NCBI GenBank assembly: GCA_965203415.1
Contig: CBDBCS010000006.1
Span: 702,500 to 766,499, forward strand
Length of the DNA: 64,000 nucleotides
Reading direction: 5' to 3'
From: Alphaproteobacteria bacterium
GTDB lineage: Bacteria; Pseudomonadota; Alphaproteobacteria; CBDBCS01
In this document: piece by piece, positions 29,906 through 41,600 of the stretch
How the letters are laid out: every line of letters begins with the position of its first letter
Numbering within the stretch: position 1 is the stretch's first letter
Notes under the pieces: generated by a model
What the model was told of the DNA's origin: nothing
Database searches by the model: none
Seen by the model: the letters and a program-made list of their open reading frames with translations, nothing else
Translations under genes and position numbers: made by a program

Positions 29906-30211
29906 CTATTTGATCTCTATATCCACACCGGCGGATAAGTCAAGCTTTTCCAGCGCATCGATCGTCTCGGGACGCGGATCGACAATATCCAGCAAACGCT
30001 TATGCGTTCGTATCTCGAATTGCTCGCGGCTTTTTTTATCGATATGCGGCGAACGCAGAACCGTATAGCGTTCGATGTGCGTCGGTAAGGGGACGGGGCC
30101 TCGGACTCTCGCCCCCGTGCGAAGAGCCGTCTCGACGATCTCGCGCGTGGAATTGTCCAAGAGCCGATGATCATAAGCTCGCAATCTGATACAGATGGAT
30201 TGACTGTCCAT
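29906..30211 (-). CDS. rpsJ: 30S ribosomal protein S10
   Basis: GPVPLPT and [20 protein letters not shown] motifs. Confidence 0.99.
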   Translation of the reverse strand: MDSQSICIRLRAYDHRLLDNSTREIVETALRTGARVRGPVPLPTHIERYTVLRSPHIDKKSREQFEIRTHKRLLDIVDPRPETIDALEKLDLSAGVDIEIK

Positions 30212-30309
30212 GGTGAAAAAATATCTCCAACGCCGCTTGGCTTTTCTGGGTCCTAACTTATTACGTGTCTCTAGATGGTGCGGCGTGTGTCACAGACATT
30301 TTCCGGCTC

Positions 30310-31500
30310 TCAGGCCGTAATCTTTGTCACGACACCGGCGCCGACCGTTTTGCCCCCCTCGCGAATGGCGAAGCGGAGACCCTCGGTCATCGCAATGGGC
30401 ACAATGAGCTCGACCTCCATTTTGACGTTATCGCCTGGCATGACCATCTCTGTGCCCTCCGGGAGGGTCACAACCCCCGTCACATCCGTCGTTCGAAAAT
30501 AGAACTGCGGCCGATAGCTCGTGAAAAAGGGTGTATGGCGCCCGCCCTCTTCTTTGTTGAGGATATAGGCCTCGCACGAAAATTTGGTATGCGGCGTGAT
30601 GGAACCGGTTTTCGCCAAGACCTGGCCACGCTCTACGTCGGTGCGCTCCACGCCGCGGAGCAGAGCTCCGATATTATCGCCAGCCTCGCCTCGGTCGAGA
30701 ATTTTCCGGAACATCTCCACGCCTGTGCAGATGGTCTTGCGCGTCGCTCGGATCCCGACGATTTCGACCTCTTCCCCGACCTTGACGGTGCCAGCCTCCA
30801 CGCGACCGGTCACGACTGTGCCGCGGCCCGAGATCGAAAACACATCCTCTATAGGCATCAGAAAGGGCCTGTCTCGGGGGCGGTCGGGGGTCGGAATATG
30901 CGCATCCACGGCCGCCATGAGCTCTAGAATCTTCTTTGTGCTGCTCTCCGGATCCTTGCCCTCGAGAGCCCCAAGGGCAGACCCGACAACGATGGGAATG
31001 TTATCGCCGTCAAATTCGTAACTCGTCAGAAGCTCGCGCACTTCGAGTTCCACCAATTCCAGCAATTCTGGGTCGTCCACCTGGTCGGCTTTGTTCAGAA
31101 AGACCACAATGGCCGGCACGCCAACCTGGCGGGCGAGCAAAATGTGCTCGCGCGTCTGAGGCATCGGCCCATCTGCCGCCGAAACGACCAGAATCGCCCC
31201 GTCCATCTGAGCCGCCCCCGTGATCATATTCTTGACATAGTCGGCGTGACCCGGGCAATCCACATGCGCATAGTGCCGGTTTTCGGTCTCGTATTCGACG
31301 TGCGACGTGTTGATCGTGATCCCACGAGCCTTTTCCTCTGGGGCCTTGTCTATGTTGTCGTAAGCCATGAAAGTGGCACCGCCCCGCTCGGCGAGTATCT
31401 TCGTAATCGCCGCCGTGAGCGTCGTTTTGCCATGGTCGACGTGCCCGATCGTCCCGATATTGGCGTGGGGCTTATTGCGCTCAAATTTCTCTTTTGCCAT
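30310..31500 (-). CDS. tuf: Elongation factor Tu
   Basis: [24 protein letters not shown] and NKAD motifs; 396 aa. Confidence 0.99.
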   Translation of the reverse strand: MAKEKFERNKPHANIGTIGHVDHGKTTLTAAITKILAERGGATFMAYDNIDKAPEEKARGITINTSHVEYETENRHYAHVDCPGHADYVKNMITGAAQMDGAILVVSAADGPMPQTREHILLARQVGVPAIVVFLNKADQVDDPELLELVELEVRELLTSYEFDGDNIPIVVGSALGALEGKDPESSTKKILELMAAVDAHIPTPDRPRDRPFLMPIEDVFSISGRGTVVTGRVEAGTVKVGEEVEIVGIRATRKTICTGVEMFRKILDRGEAGDNIGALLRGVERTDVERGQVLAKTGSITPHTKFSCEAYILNKEEGGRHTPFFTSYRPQFYFRTTDVTGVVTLPEGTEMVMPGDNVKMEVELIVPIAMTEGLRFAIREGGKTVGAGVVTKITA

Positions 31501-31580
31501 TCTTTTTCCAAACCTTTCTCATTCCGAAAAACAAAACGACCGAGACCTGCTCTGGTTCGGTCTTTAAAACTCAACCCAGT

Positions 31581-33659
31581 TTACCCCAATTTAGCCCGGA
31601 CCTCGTCGGCAACGACTTGAGGCACCTGGGCATAGTGGTCAAAAACCATCGTGTAAGTTGCCCGGCCTTGACTCATGCTCCGGAGCACATTGACATAGCC
31701 GAACATGTTCGCCAGAGGCACCATCGCCGTCAGAACCCGCGCATTGCCAAGCTGACCCATGGACACAATCTGAGACCGCCGTGAATTCAAATCGCCGATA
31801 ATATCGCCCATATAGTCCTCGGGTGTTACGACCTCGGCTTTCATGATGGGTTCCAGCAGACGGGGGCCCGCTTTTGGGAGAATCTCCCGGAAGGCGGCCC
31901 GAGCCGCAATCTCAAAGGCCAAGACCGAAGAGTCCACATCATGGTGCTGGCCGTCTACCAGACGGACCTTGAAATCGATGACCGGAAAGCCTGCAATCAC
32001 GCCGGTCTCTTGGGCGGTCAAGAGGCCTTTCTCTACCCCGGGGATGAACTCTTTCGGGACGGACCCGCCGACGACTTCCGAGACAAATTCATAGCCTTTG
32101 CCTGGCTCGAGGGGCTCGAAGATAACCTTGATGCGGGCGTATTGCCCTGCCCCGCCGGTTTGCTTTTTATGCGTATAGTCCAATTCGGCCGACCGTGTGA
32201 TGGTCTCGCGATAGGCGACCTGGGGGGCACCGATATTCGCGTCCACCTTGAATTCGCGTTTGAGGCGGTCCACAATGACTTCCAGATGCAGTTCGCCCAT
32301 GCCTCGGATAATGGTTTGGCCGCTCTCGGGGTCGCTGTGGACTCGGAAAGAAGGGTCTTCGCTTGCCAGACGCTGGAGGCCGATAGACATTTTCTCCTGG
32401 TCGCCTTTGGTCTTGGGTTCCACGGCGATTTCAATGACGGGGTCCGGGAATTCCATGCGCTCCAACACGATAGGCTGCATCGGGTCGCACAAAGTATCGC
32501 CCGTGGTCGTCGATTTAAGGCCGCACAAGGCGACAATGTCGCCGGCTACGGCTTCTTTGACGTCCTCACGGGAATTGGCGTGCATCAGGAGCATGCGGCC
32601 GATGCGCTCGCGGTGTCCCTTGACGGAATTGAGAAGCTGCGTGCCAGACACAAGCCGACCCGAATAAAGCCGCGCAAAAGTCAGCGAGCCAACATAAGGG
32701 TCATTCATGATCTTGAAGGCGAGCATGGCAACCGGGGCGTCCGACGACGGGCGACGCACCTCGGAGACATCGCTGGAAGAGGAAGAAGCAGGCCGCACGC
32801 CCTTGACGGGCGGCAAATCCAGCGGCGAGGGCAGAAAATGCACAACCGCATCCAGCAAAGGCTGAACGCCTTTGTTTTTAAAGGCAGAACCGCACAAAAC
32901 AGGCACAAAAGCATTGCTCACCGTTCCGCGGCGGATGCAGGCTAAAAGCTGGGCTTCGCCGATGGATCGGCCTTCCAGATAGGCCTCTAGTGCCTCGTCA
33001 TCGGCCTCCACGGCCCCCTCCAAGAGCTTCTCCCGCCACGTCTGAGCCTCATCGTGATAGGCCGGCGGAATATCTTCCAGGGTGAATTCGGCCCCCAAAG
33101 CCTCGTTGCGCCAGCGCACGGCTTTCATCTGGACCAGATCGATAACGCCGGCAAAATCGGCCTCTGTCCCCAGAGGAAGCTGCAAAACGAGCGGCCTCGC
33201 CCCCAGTCTGTCTATGATCATCCCGACCGTGCGATGAAAGTCCGCGCCGACTCGGTCCATTTTGTTGACGAAGCAAATGCGCGGCACGCCGTATTTATTG
33301 GCCTGACGCCACACGGTTTCGGATTGAGGCTCGACCCCTGCCACCGAATCGAAAACGGCAATTGCTCCGTCCAGAACACGCAACGAGCGCTCTACCTCGA
33401 TGGTGAAATCGACGTGGCCAGGCGTGTCAATGATATTGATACGGTTCTCGCGCCAAAAGCACGTCGTCGCCGCCGACGTAATCGTAATGCCCCGTTCCTG
33501 CTCTTGAGCCATCCAGTCCATCACAGCATTGCCGTCGTGGACCTCGCCGATTTTGTGGGAACGTCCCGTGTAATAGAGAATGCGCTCCGTCGTCGTCGTT
33601 TTCCCGGCGTCGATGTGGGCCATAATCCCGATATTCCGATAGGCTTCTAGTTTTGTCAC
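31581..33659 (-). CDS. fusA: Elongation factor G
   Basis: [28 protein letters not shown] and GMGELHLE motifs. Confidence 0.99.
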   Translation of the reverse strand: MTKLEAYRNIGIMAHIDAGKTTTTERILYYTGRSHKIGEVHDGNAVMDWMAQEQERGITITSAATTCFWRENRINIIDTPGHVDFTIEVERSLRVLDGAIAVFDSVAGVEPQSETVWRQANKYGVPRICFVNKMDRVGADFHRTVGMIIDRLGARPLVLQLPLGTEADFAGVIDLVQMKAVRWRNEALGAEFTLEDIPPAYHDEAQTWREKLLEGAVEADDEALEAYLEGRSIGEAQLLACIRRGTVSNAFVPVLCGSAFKNKGVQPLLDAVVHFLPSPLDLPPVKGVRPASSSSSDVSEVRRPSSDAPVAMLAFKIMNDPYVGSLTFARLYSGRLVSGTQLLNSVKGHRERIGRMLLMHANSREDVKEAVAGDIVALCGLKSTTTGDTLCDPMQPIVLERMEFPDPVIEIAVEPKTKGDQEKMSIGLQRLASEDPSFRVHSDPESGQTIIRGMGELHLEVIVDRLKREFKVDANIGAPQVAYRETITRSAELDYTHKKQTGGAGQYARIKVIFEPLEPGKGYEFVSEVVGGSVPKEFIPGVEKGLLTAQETGVIAGFPVIDFKVRLVDGQHHDVDSSVLAFEIAARAAFREILPKAGPRLLEPIMKAEVVTPEDYMGDIIGDLNSRRSQIVSMGQLGNARVLTAMVPLANMFGYVNVLRSMSQGRATYTMVFDHYAQVPQVVADEVRAKLG

Positions 33660-33666
33660 GACGTCT

Positions 33667-34137
33667 CTACCATCTGTAGTGCGAGAAAGCTCGGTTAGAC
33701 TCGGCCACTTTGTGGGTATCGCTTTTCCTTTTCACGGCTCCGCCTCGGTTCTGGGCGGCTTCGCCCAATTCGCCGGCCAGGCGCGCGGCCATGGTGGTTT
33801 CGGCCCGTTTATGAGACACCTCGATGAGCCACCGAAACGCAAGACCTCGGGCGCGTTCGGGTTGGACCTCGACGGGGACTTGATACGTCGCCCCGCCGAC
33901 CCGGCGCCGGCGCACTTCCATCTCGGGCGCAATGTGCTCGAGGGCTTGGTGGAAAACATCTAGAGGCGCCAAATCGGCGTCTTTGCCTGCCGTCTCCAGA
34001 GCCCTATAAACGATTCGCTCGGCCACGGATTTCTTGCCATCCAGCATCAGCACATTGATAAATTTCGACAGAACGACGTCGCCATAGCGCACATCTGGCA
34101 AAATTTCGCTCTTCCGGGCGCGTCGACGACGGGACAT
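33667..34137 (-). CDS. rpsG: 30S ribosomal protein S7
   Basis: [19 protein letters not shown] and NRAFSHYRW motifs. Confidence 0.99.
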   Translation of the reverse strand: MSRRRRARKSEILPDVRYGDVVLSKFINVLMLDGKKSVAERIVYRALETAGKDADLAPLDVFHQALEHIAPEMEVRRRRVGGATYQVPVEVQPERARGLAFRWLIEVSHKRAETTMAARLAGELGEAAQNRGGAVKRKSDTHKVAESNRAFSHYRW

Positions 34138-34239
34138 TCCTTAAGTACTTCGCTTGTCAATCAAAAAACAGGCTAAACGCCTCGGACCCGAGACGCGCTC
34201 AACCTCATCCTGCACCGTTCATTGCCATACTACGGGCCA

Positions 34240-34611
34240 TCACTTGGGCCGTTTCGCCCCGTATTTCGAGCGTCGCTGGCGCCGGTTGCTCACGCCACTG
34301 GTGTCGCCGGCGCCACGAATCACGTGATACCGGACGCCGGGCAAGTCCTTGACCCGCCCGCCCCGGATGAGCACCGAAGCGTGCTCTTGGAGCGAATGCC
34401 CCTCGCCGGGAATGTAAGAGGTCACCTCATAGCCATTGGTGAGTCGAACCCGAGCCACCTTCCGCAAAGCCGAATTGGGCTTTTTGGGCGTGGTCGTATA
34501 GACCCGCGTGCAAACGCCTCGGCGTTGGGGACAGGCTTCTAAGGCCGGGACCTTGTCGCGGGCGACCCTCTTTTTGCGAGGACGCCGTATCAGTTGATTG
34601 ACCGTCGGCAC
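34240..34611 (-). CDS. rpsL: 30S ribosomal protein S12
   Basis: GTG start at PTVNQLIR; [11 protein letters not shown] and [13 protein letters not shown] motifs; 123 aa. Confidence 0.99.
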   Translation of the reverse strand: MPTVNQLIRRPRKKRVARDKVPALEACPQRRGVCTRVYTTTPKKPNSALRKVARVRLTNGYEVTSYIPGEGHSLQEHASVLIRGGRVKDLPGVRYHVIRGAGDTSGVSNRRQRRSKYGAKRPK

Positions 34612-34755
34612 AACGAAAGACTCCGAAAAATTCCGGCAACGCACCGGCTCAAAGCACGAAAAAAACGCCCCGGTCACGCATATGACAGCGGAACACGCAC
34701 AGGCAGGCCCGCCGAACCCGAACAACGGGCCCGAACAACGGGGAACAAGACAGAC

Positions 34756-34784
34756 TTCCTAAACGAAATCCGAGAACTTGTCAA
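34756..34784 (-). promoter_or_regulatory. Putative sigma-70 promoter of the str operon
   Basis: Minus strand TTGACA-N17-TAGGAA, about 145 nt upstream of rpsL. Confidence 0.6.
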
Positions 34785-34875
34785 GACACATCAAGACATA
34801 GATAGCAAAAAAGAACGACTCTTGGGGACGACCCTGGGGATGGGCTCTTGCCGGGCGGGTCTGATTTCAAAAAGA

Positions 34876-35049
34876 ACCGTCCGCTCATCCTGCCGTGCCG
34901 CCGTCCCCCCGCTGGGGGGCTCGGTCGGAGCTCTCTGGCGTGCATCGATTCTATGCGATATGTGTGTCTGTTTATGCGGCACAGACAGAAACGCTCTGTA
35001 AACGGGTTAAAAACGGACGTCTCGGGCGTCTAGACAGGGAGCGGACGGT
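34876..35049. ncRNA. Candidate structured ncRNA (174-nt rod with closing stem)
   Basis: ACCGTCCGCTCATCCTG (34876-34892) pairs with CAGGGAGCGGACGGT (35035-35049); further nested pairings CGTCC/GGACG, GCTCG/CGGGT, CGGAGC/GCTCTG and GTGC/GCAC. Confidence 0.35.
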
Positions 35050-35240
35050 GCCCCCCGAGAGGGGCTCTTTGTCGTTATCTTACACGCAAGGGTTGAGGCC
35101 TTTTCCATGCCGATTCGAAACGCATCCGGCACGCATCCGGCCCTGGCGGGACTGAAAAAATTCCTGGGACATGCCCGGCAGCCCCCTCCGTGGCGGCGTC
35201 CCAGAGCGCGCGAGTTTCTTTCCCCCCGCCTTTTTTGTCC

Positions 35241-35603
35241 TCACCCCCGGGCGGCTTTGGCAAGAGCGAAACGTCGAACGGCCTCCCGGAAGTGCGTCCA
35301 CAAAACCTGGTTGATCGAAGTCTGGCGGTTCTCTGGGTATGCCGGATGCCACTGCACCCCGACTAAAAAAGAGGCACAACGCCCTGAAATGGCCTCGATG
35401 GTCCCATCCCATCCGGGGCACGAGCCTTTTGCCCTCACCCCCGGGCGGCTTTGGCAAGAGCGAAGCGTCGAACGGCCTCTCGGAAGTGCGTCCACAAAAT
35501 CTGGTTGATCGAGCTCTGGCGGCTCTCTGGGTATTCCGGATGCCACTGCACCCCGACTAAAAAAGAGGCGCAACGCCCTGAAATGGCCTCGATGGTCCCA
35601 TCC
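35241..35603. repeat. Imperfect ~170-bp direct duplication of the 3' end of the PuuD-like gene (period 194 bp)
   Basis: 35241-35409 vs 35435-35603, 8 substitutions by manual alignment. Confidence 0.95.
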
Positions 35604-36304
35604 GAGGCACGCGCCTCGACGCGCAGCGAGGGCGCAAGGCGCTCAATCGCCTGCGCGTGAAAACTATTCACCACAATAGGGTTCGAGTCTCCGCCACGCT
35701 CTTCGCCAGGGCCCCCGTCAATCCCCTCGCCAATCCCCCCGCCAATCCATTGACTCAAAAGCCCACCTTCGACGACGTGGACCGGGTGATACGGGTGATG
35801 CGGAGGCCGATGGGACGCTCGGACAAAGCCAAGCGTGCCGCCGGCAGCCACGTTCACCTCCTGGAGTCCCCGACAGATCGCCAGCATCGGCATATCTCTG
35901 GCCAAAACAGCCCGAATGAAAGGCAAAACAAAATGGTCGCGGGCCTCATCGCGTGTCACAGCACCATTCGAATCGGGGTCGTCACGTTCGTCATGAGCGG
36001 CGGGCGCGGCACCTCTAGCGTGCCCGACGGCGGGCTCCCTGTCATGTCCCCCGTAATGGATAGGGTGCAGATGGCTTGCGCCACCGCTCAAACAGACGCC
36101 GTCGGCGAAAGACAGCACACGCCCCCACGCCGCCGCCGAGAGCCCCGGCGGAATCAAAAGCGGCTCCAAGCCCAGAGACGTCAGGGCGGTGATATATTTC
36201 TCAGCCAAGCCGAATTCGCGACGCTCAGCCGTCACCGTCCGCGTGACCGTCGGGAGCACAACTATCAAAGAGTCCTTGTTTTTCACGCCGTCCCGGCCTA
36301 TCAT
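35435..36304 (-). CDS. Gamma-glutamyl-gamma-aminobutyrate hydrolase (PuuD, peptidase C26 family)
   Basis: DGVCLSGG, nucleophile AICRGLQEVNV, VNSFHAQAI, SDGTIEAI and GVQWHPE motifs; ATG at 36304. Confidence 0.9.
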   Translation of the reverse strand: MIGRDGVKNKDSLIVVLPTVTRTVTAERREFGLAEKYITALTSLGLEPLLIPPGLSAAAWGRVLSFADGVCLSGGASHLHPIHYGGHDREPAVGHARGAAPAAHDERDDPDSNGAVTRDEARDHFVLPFIRAVLARDMPMLAICRGLQEVNVAAGGTLGFVRASHRPPHHPYHPVHVVEGGLLSQWIGGGIGEGIDGGPGEERGGDSNPIVVNSFHAQAIERLAPSLRVEARASDGTIEAISGRCASFLVGVQWHPEYPESRQSSINQILWTHFREAVRRFALAKAARG

Positions 36305-36611
36305 AGCGTCAGCTTTTTCTGTCCCTTTTCTGTCCTTTTTCTGCCCTTTTCTTGTCCGATTTCCATCCGTTTTTGTTCGGTAGGGGCTTTTTCTTCTCTT
36401 TTTTGCTTTTTCTCGCTCTGTCCGGCTGAGGCGCGTTCCTCCTGTGTCCATGGAGGCACCTGAAGGTTTATCACGGTTTTTTCCTGTTTGCCCGCCGGCT
36501 CGGGTTCTTTTTCATTTTTTCATTGGACGCGCACCGTCTTTCTCTCATGGAGACCTGGTGTGACGAAACGCCCGGCGTAACATTTGGGGTAACTTTTGGT
36601 GTACAATTCTC

Positions 36612-37667
36612 GTGTCTGACGCCTTGATCGAATTGAGTCTGGGGACTGTATTTTTAGGAATCGGCCTGTTTCTTCTGTGGTATGCCGGAGACTGGCTCGT
36701 TCGAGGGGTCGTCCTCCTAGCCGATATCTATCATATAGACCGCCTGTTTTTGGCGAGCGTGATTATTGGGATTGGGACCTCTCTGCCCGAGATTCTCGTA
36801 GCCCTCCAGGCGAGCTGGGGGGGGAAGGCGGACCTCGCGGCGGGGAACCTCATCGGGAGCAATATCACGAATATCACGCTTATCGCCGGGCTCGCCGCCG
36901 TCCTAGGGCCCATCACCTTTGCGACAAACGGATATCGAGAGTTCTTTTGGATGGCGGGCGTGACGGGCCTCATGGTCGTCTTGATGGGGCTGGGGCGTTT
37001 TTCTTCTCCGTTGGGAGGCTTGTTTCTAGGGATGTTGGGCGTTTATCTCTGGGCGGCTTACCGGGGGGCGGCGAGCGCCCGACGGGCGCAGCGGGCGCAG
37101 AACGATACACCGGCCCCGCCGCTGCCAGCTTCTCCTCCGGAGGAGCAAACGGAGCCGGCGTCACCCGCTTCTTTTTTCGACCCGCACGCCCATGCCGAGA
37201 AATGGCCCATCCTTCTTGCCGTGCTGATAGGTGTTTCTCTGGCGGGGCTGGGGTTGGGGGCTCATGTGACCATCCAGGGGGCTCTCAAAGTCGCCGTAAC
37301 CTTGGGGGTCCCTGATCTTATTACCGGTCTCTTTCTTGTGGCTTTGGGGACCTCTTTACCGGAATTGGCGGCGGCTCTCGCGGCGGCCAAAAAAAAGGAA
37401 GGGAGTCTCGTTCTGGGGAATGTGGTCGGAAGTAATATTCTCAATCTTCTGGGAGGGTTTGGCGCGGCGGCCGCTGTGCGGCCGCTGGCACTCGCCCCCG
37501 AGACGCTGGCGACGGACCGATTCGTCCTTCTGGGAACGACGCTTTTGCTGGGACTCCTGCTTGCGAGACGGCGAAGGCTCGGCCGGGTCGAGGGAAGCAT
37601 TTTACTGCTGACCTACGGTCTCTTCCTCGTGAATCTCGGCAGGCGTCTCGCCGGCGAGGGCCCCTAG
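36612..37667 (+). CDS. Calcium/sodium antiporter (YrbG/CaCA family)
   Basis: Two alpha repeats: GTSLPE..GNLIGSNI and GTSLPE..GNVVGSNI. Confidence 0.95.
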   Translation: MSDALIELSLGTVFLGIGLFLLWYAGDWLVRGVVLLADIYHIDRLFLASVIIGIGTSLPEILVALQASWGGKADLAAGNLIGSNITNITLIAGLAAVLGPITFATNGYREFFWMAGVTGLMVVLMGLGRFSSPLGGLFLGMLGVYLWAAYRGAASARRAQRAQNDTPAPPLPASPPEEQTEPASPASFFDPHAHAEKWPILLAVLIGVSLAGLGLGAHVTIQGALKVAVTLGVPDLITGLFLVALGTSLPELAAALAAAKKKEGSLVLGNVVGSNILNLLGGFGAAAAVRPLALAPETLATDRFVLLGTTLLLGLLLARRRRLGRVEGSILLLTYGLFLVNLGRRLAGEGP

Positions 37668-37690
37668 GCCCGCCGGTTCGTGGCGAATCG

Positions 37691-38542
37691 TCAGACCGTG
37701 CCGCCGAGCGAAGCAGCCAGGGTCTCCATCTCTTTGCCCCCGGCCATGAGCGTCTGAAGATCGTCCATGCTAATGTCTGATTTTCGGTGCGTCCCAAGCG
37801 TTTGGCCACGATTGAGAACCGTGAAACGGTCGGCGACTGCGTACGCATGACGGACATTGTGGGTGATGAAAATAACGCCCAGGCCTCGGGTTCGGACCTG
37901 GTCTATGTACCTCAAAACCAGAGACGTCTGACGCACGCCTAAAGCCGACGTCGGCTCGTCCAGAATCAGCACGCGAGCCCCGAAATAGACGGCTCGGGCA
38001 ATGGCGACACACTGACGCTCGCCCCCCGAGAGCGTCCCAACAGCCTGGCCGGGGTCTCGGATATCGATCCCGATGCTGGACATTTGTTGGCGGGTGATCT
38101 GGTCGCAGTGCCGGAAATTCATGAATTTGAAAGGCCAGACGCCTCTCAGAGGCTCCCGCCCCATGAAAAAATTCCGCGTGATCGACATCAGAGGAATCAT
38201 GGCTAAATCTTGATAGACCGTGGCGATGCCGCGCTCGAGGGCCTCGCGGGGCGAGCGAAAACGCACGGACGTCCCGTCTAATCGAATCTCGCCTTCGGTC
38301 GGGACGTGGACGCCGGATAAGACCTTGATGAGCGTCGATTTGCCGGCACCATTATCACCCAAAAGGCCCAGGACCTCCCCCGCCCCAATCCGCAGAGACA
38401 CCCCATTGAGCGCAATCACAGAACCAAAATGCTTCTTGATGTCCAGCATCTCTACCAAAGGCACAGAGGCCTCGGCATCCGGGCCTGGGGCCGCCGGAGA
38501 GCTCGACTCTGTTTTCGAATTCGCTTCCATGTCCATGTTCAT
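37691..38542 (-). CDS. Sugar (probably inositol) ABC transporter ATP-binding protein, single domain
   Basis: [22 protein letters not shown] and [11 protein letters not shown] motifs. Confidence 0.93.
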   Translation of the reverse strand: MNMDMEANSKTESSSPAAPGPDAEASVPLVEMLDIKKHFGSVIALNGVSLRIGAGEVLGLLGDNGAGKSTLIKVLSGVHVPTEGEIRLDGTSVRFRSPREALERGIATVYQDLAMIPLMSITRNFFMGREPLRGVWPFKFMNFRHCDQITRQQMSSIGIDIRDPGQAVGTLSGGERQCVAIARAVYFGARVLILDEPTSALGVRQTSLVLRYIDQVRTRGLGVIFITHNVRHAYAVADRFTVLNRGQTLGTHRKSDISMDDLQTLMAGGKEMETLAASLGGTV

Positions 38543-38609
38543 GCGGAAAAAATCCTGCAGATTTTTGGTCCTACGCCGGTCTTACAACAGCCGATGGGGT
38601 GGAGACGCG

Positions 38610-39755
38610 TCACTCACCCGTGGCCCGCTTTCGGACATAATTGTTAAATAAAACCGCCATAAGCAGCATGCCTCCCAGGAACACCAGATACCAGTCCTGG
38701 TCTATAGGCGTATAGGATAGGCCGATGCTCACCATGCCGAAAATGACGGCGCCCAGCACAGCCCCGATAACCGAGCCGTAGCCTCCCGAAAGGAGACACC
38801 CGCCTATCACAGCGGCGATGATGGCTTCGAATTCTTTTTGCCGCCCCCGAAGCGCGTCCGTAGACCCCGCATCCACCGTCGTCAGAATGGCATAGAGCGA
38901 AGCACAAAAAGCCGTGAAAATAAACAGGCCCATCTTGACCTGCGAAACCGGCACTCCCGAATTCCGAGCCGCATTGGCGTCACCGCCGGACGCAAAAATC
39001 CAATTGCCTAAACGCGTTTTCTGCAGAATCCAGGTCGCAATTATGGCCAGGACAATGAACCATAAAATACTGACGGGAATGCCTTCGGCCTTGGGAAGAC
39101 CGTTTTGAAACGTGTCGATAAACCCCTCGCGTCCGAGCCACTGAAACAAACTTGGAAGAGCCACGCCGGAAAAGAAAAAATCTGCGACGAAACTTCCCTC
39201 TATGGCTTCTCGGATGCCTCGAAGCTGGGTCGACCCGTTCGAGAAAGCCTTGAGACCAACCAGCGATAGACCTCGCAGAATGAAGAGACCCGCCAGCGTC
39301 ACAATAAAAGACTGCAACCCCGTCTTGAGAACAATCTGCGCATTCACAAAGCCAACCAGCCCCGCAAATAAAAGCGTCACAAGGAGGGCCAGAATAAAGG
39401 GAAGCCCCACGACTAAAACACAGGCCGCGAAAATGAGACCCGCAAAAGCCACCATGGACCCGACGGATAAGTCGAACTCGCCGCCGATCATCAGTAAAGC
39501 CGCCCCGATAGCCAGAATGCCAAGCTGAGACGCCGGCTTCATAAAATTCATGAAGCCCGAAACCGTGAACATCGAGGCCTCGGCCTGGAACAGAAAAAAG
39601 ACCACCACGGCCAGCAGGCCGGTAGCCGCCCCCAATTCAGGCCGACGCATCAGGCGCGTCAGCAGAGGAACCTTCTTGACACGCTCGTCGACGGCACCCG
39701 GGACGCTACCCGGAGCCTCGCTCCGTTCGACACGTCCCTCAGCTTCCTCAATCAC
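38610..39755 (-). CDS. Sugar (probably inositol) ABC transporter permease (RbsC type)
   Basis: GEFDLSVGS, SFIVTL, A.GG...AARNSGV and IIAAVIGG..L.GG.GS motifs. Confidence 0.93.
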   Translation of the reverse strand: MIEEAEGRVERSEAPGSVPGAVDERVKKVPLLTRLMRRPELGAATGLLAVVVFFLFQAEASMFTVSGFMNFMKPASQLGILAIGAALLMIGGEFDLSVGSMVAFAGLIFAACVLVVGLPFILALLVTLLFAGLVGFVNAQIVLKTGLQSFIVTLAGLFILRGLSLVGLKAFSNGSTQLRGIREAIEGSFVADFFFSGVALPSLFQWLGREGFIDTFQNGLPKAEGIPVSILWFIVLAIIATWILQKTRLGNWIFASGGDANAARNSGVPVSQVKMGLFIFTAFCASLYAILTTVDAGSTDALRGRQKEFEAIIAAVIGGCLLSGGYGSVIGAVLGAVIFGMVSIGLSYTPIDQDWYLVFLGGMLLMAVLFNNYVRKRATGE

Positions 39756-40066
39756 GACAGATATTGCCTCATGCCTCGATAAGATGAAGCCCGCCTCAGC
39801 TCAGGCAAGGCAGGCCCACACGATAGAACTAGAACCGGAGAAGGGAGGGGGAAAGTCAATCTCCCCCCCGGAGGCCTTCCCCGGCCCGGAGGCGACACGA
39901 GCTCGCCCCCGGCCCGGAAAAACCCAAACAGAACCAAACAGAACTTGCCGGCGGGCCCGTGCTGAATGGATGCCTCTCTGGACGGGCGGGACCCGAAATC
40001 AACCGGAGCCCCGTCTAGTCGGCGCCTAGGCCGCCGTCTAGCCGATGGCCTGCGGCCCCAAGCCCT

Positions 40067-41011
40067 CTATCGGATACCCTTGGAAGAGAGCTCGACAACC
40101 TGGCTGGCTTTGTCCTGCGTGACAAGATTCGGTCCAGAGGGAACATTGCCTCCCGGCACCAACCCATAGCGGGCGTGCAGCGCCAAAAAGGCGACAGGCA
40201 GATAGCCTTGCAGATAGGGCTGCTGGTCTATGGCGAAAGCCGCATCGCCACTGGCCACCGATTGGAGAAGCCCTTCGGACATGTCGAAGCTGGCAACCCA
40301 GACTTCCCCTTTTTTACCTGCCCCGGCGACGGCTCGGATGGCGGGCTCGCCCGCGAGACTCGCCCCAAGAGCCAGCACGGTGTCGACAGAGTCGTCTGAC
40401 TCCAGCGCGGCCTTCACTTTGGCCTCGATTTCGGACGGCTCATTGCTTGTCGGCAGCACCGTGACGGACCCGCCGAAGCTGTCTTCAAAGCCCTTACAAC
40501 GCGCGTCCAGAGCTGTATTTCCGACCTCGTGATTGATGCAGATGCCCTTCTTGCCGCCCAATTCCTTGAGGCGCCGGCCCGCCGCGAGACCCGCGTCATA
40601 CTCTTCCTGACCGACATGGAGCGTAACCCCCAAACCAGGAGCCACATCCGAGCCCGAGTTCATAGAAATGACCGGGATGCCCGCCGCAACCGCTTTGCGA
40701 ATCGCAGGGCCTAAAGCATCGCCGTCCGGAATGGAAACCACCAGACCATCCGGCTCTTGATTCACTGCGGCCTCTATGAGCTGGGCCATCGCCACCATGT
40801 CAAAGGTCGCCGGGGCTCGATAGTCCACGTCCGAATCGGTGGCCTCGGCGGCCGCATCCACCCCATTTTTCACCACCGTCCAGAAAGGATCATTCGCCTG
40901 ACCGTGGCTAACAACAATAATGCGAGGCTTTTGAGCCAAGCCGACAAAGGCAAAACCGGCTACAAACGCAACCGAAGCCAGAAACTTCAAAAAAATACGC
41001 GTAAACATCAT
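40067..41011 (-). CDS. Sugar (probably inositol) ABC transporter periplasmic binding protein
   Basis: Signal peptide; VSHGQANDPFWTVVKNG and AIDQQPYLQGY motifs; ATG at 41011 or 41008; adjacent to iol genes. Confidence 0.92.
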   Translation of the reverse strand: MMFTRIFLKFLASVAFVAGFAFVGLAQKPRIIVVSHGQANDPFWTVVKNGVDAAAEATDSDVDYRAPATFDMVAMAQLIEAAVNQEPDGLVVSIPDGDALGPAIRKAVAAGIPVISMNSGSDVAPGLGVTLHVGQEEYDAGLAAGRRLKELGGKKGICINHEVGNTALDARCKGFEDSFGGSVTVLPTSNEPSEIEAKVKAALESDDSVDTVLALGASLAGEPAIRAVAGAGKKGEVWVASFDMSEGLLQSVASGDAAFAIDQQPYLQGYLPVAFLALHARYGLVPGGNVPSGPNLVTQDKASQVVELSSKGIR

Positions 41012-41600
41012 GAAAAACACATGCTCCGTAAAAAAAACAAAAAGACGCTCCCAAACTGGTGCATCCGCGGCTCGGAACCCAATTCGAACACAAGGCCGAA
41101 CACAAGGCACCCGCACGCAGGCGGCCCGTCGTTTCCGACTTTCCTCGGTGTAGAGAAAAATCGGCGAACGGAAGAACAAACGTAGAAACGCCGGGAACAG
41201 AATCCCAGAGACAACCGCTACCGGAAAGAAATCCTGTTTGTCAAGTGCGTCCGACCTCGAAAGGGCAAAAAAAGCCGAAAATGTGAAAAAAAAGCGCGAT
41301 AAGAGAAGCGGCTTCTATCGAAATCAAGTCCAAGAGACGGTCTCCAATCCTTCAAGCCCCCTCCAGCCCCCCTCAAATCTAAGAGAGGCATGAACAAACT
41401 CATGGAAAAAACACGGACGGCTGAAAGCGGAAGATTCTGCCTCACGTGCACACCGAGCCGGGCCTACCCGGGTCCCTTCCCCGGGTAAAAAGGCCCGAGA
41501 CCCACAACACAACCCCAAAGGACAGGCTGCGAACAGGCTGCAAGGCCAAAGCCCTCCTCTCGGCCTTGCCTGCCTGAGCAAGGCTCGAGCAGGACCCCAT

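Noticed and set aside
34154-34159. Internal promoter for rpsG (TTGACA)
   Set aside because: Only about 16 nt upstream of the start codon, leaving no room for a -10 element and leader
35241-35603. Diversity-generating retroelement TR/VR pair
   Set aside because: Mismatches are not confined to adenines of either copy, several are synonymous, and there is no reverse transcriptase in the window
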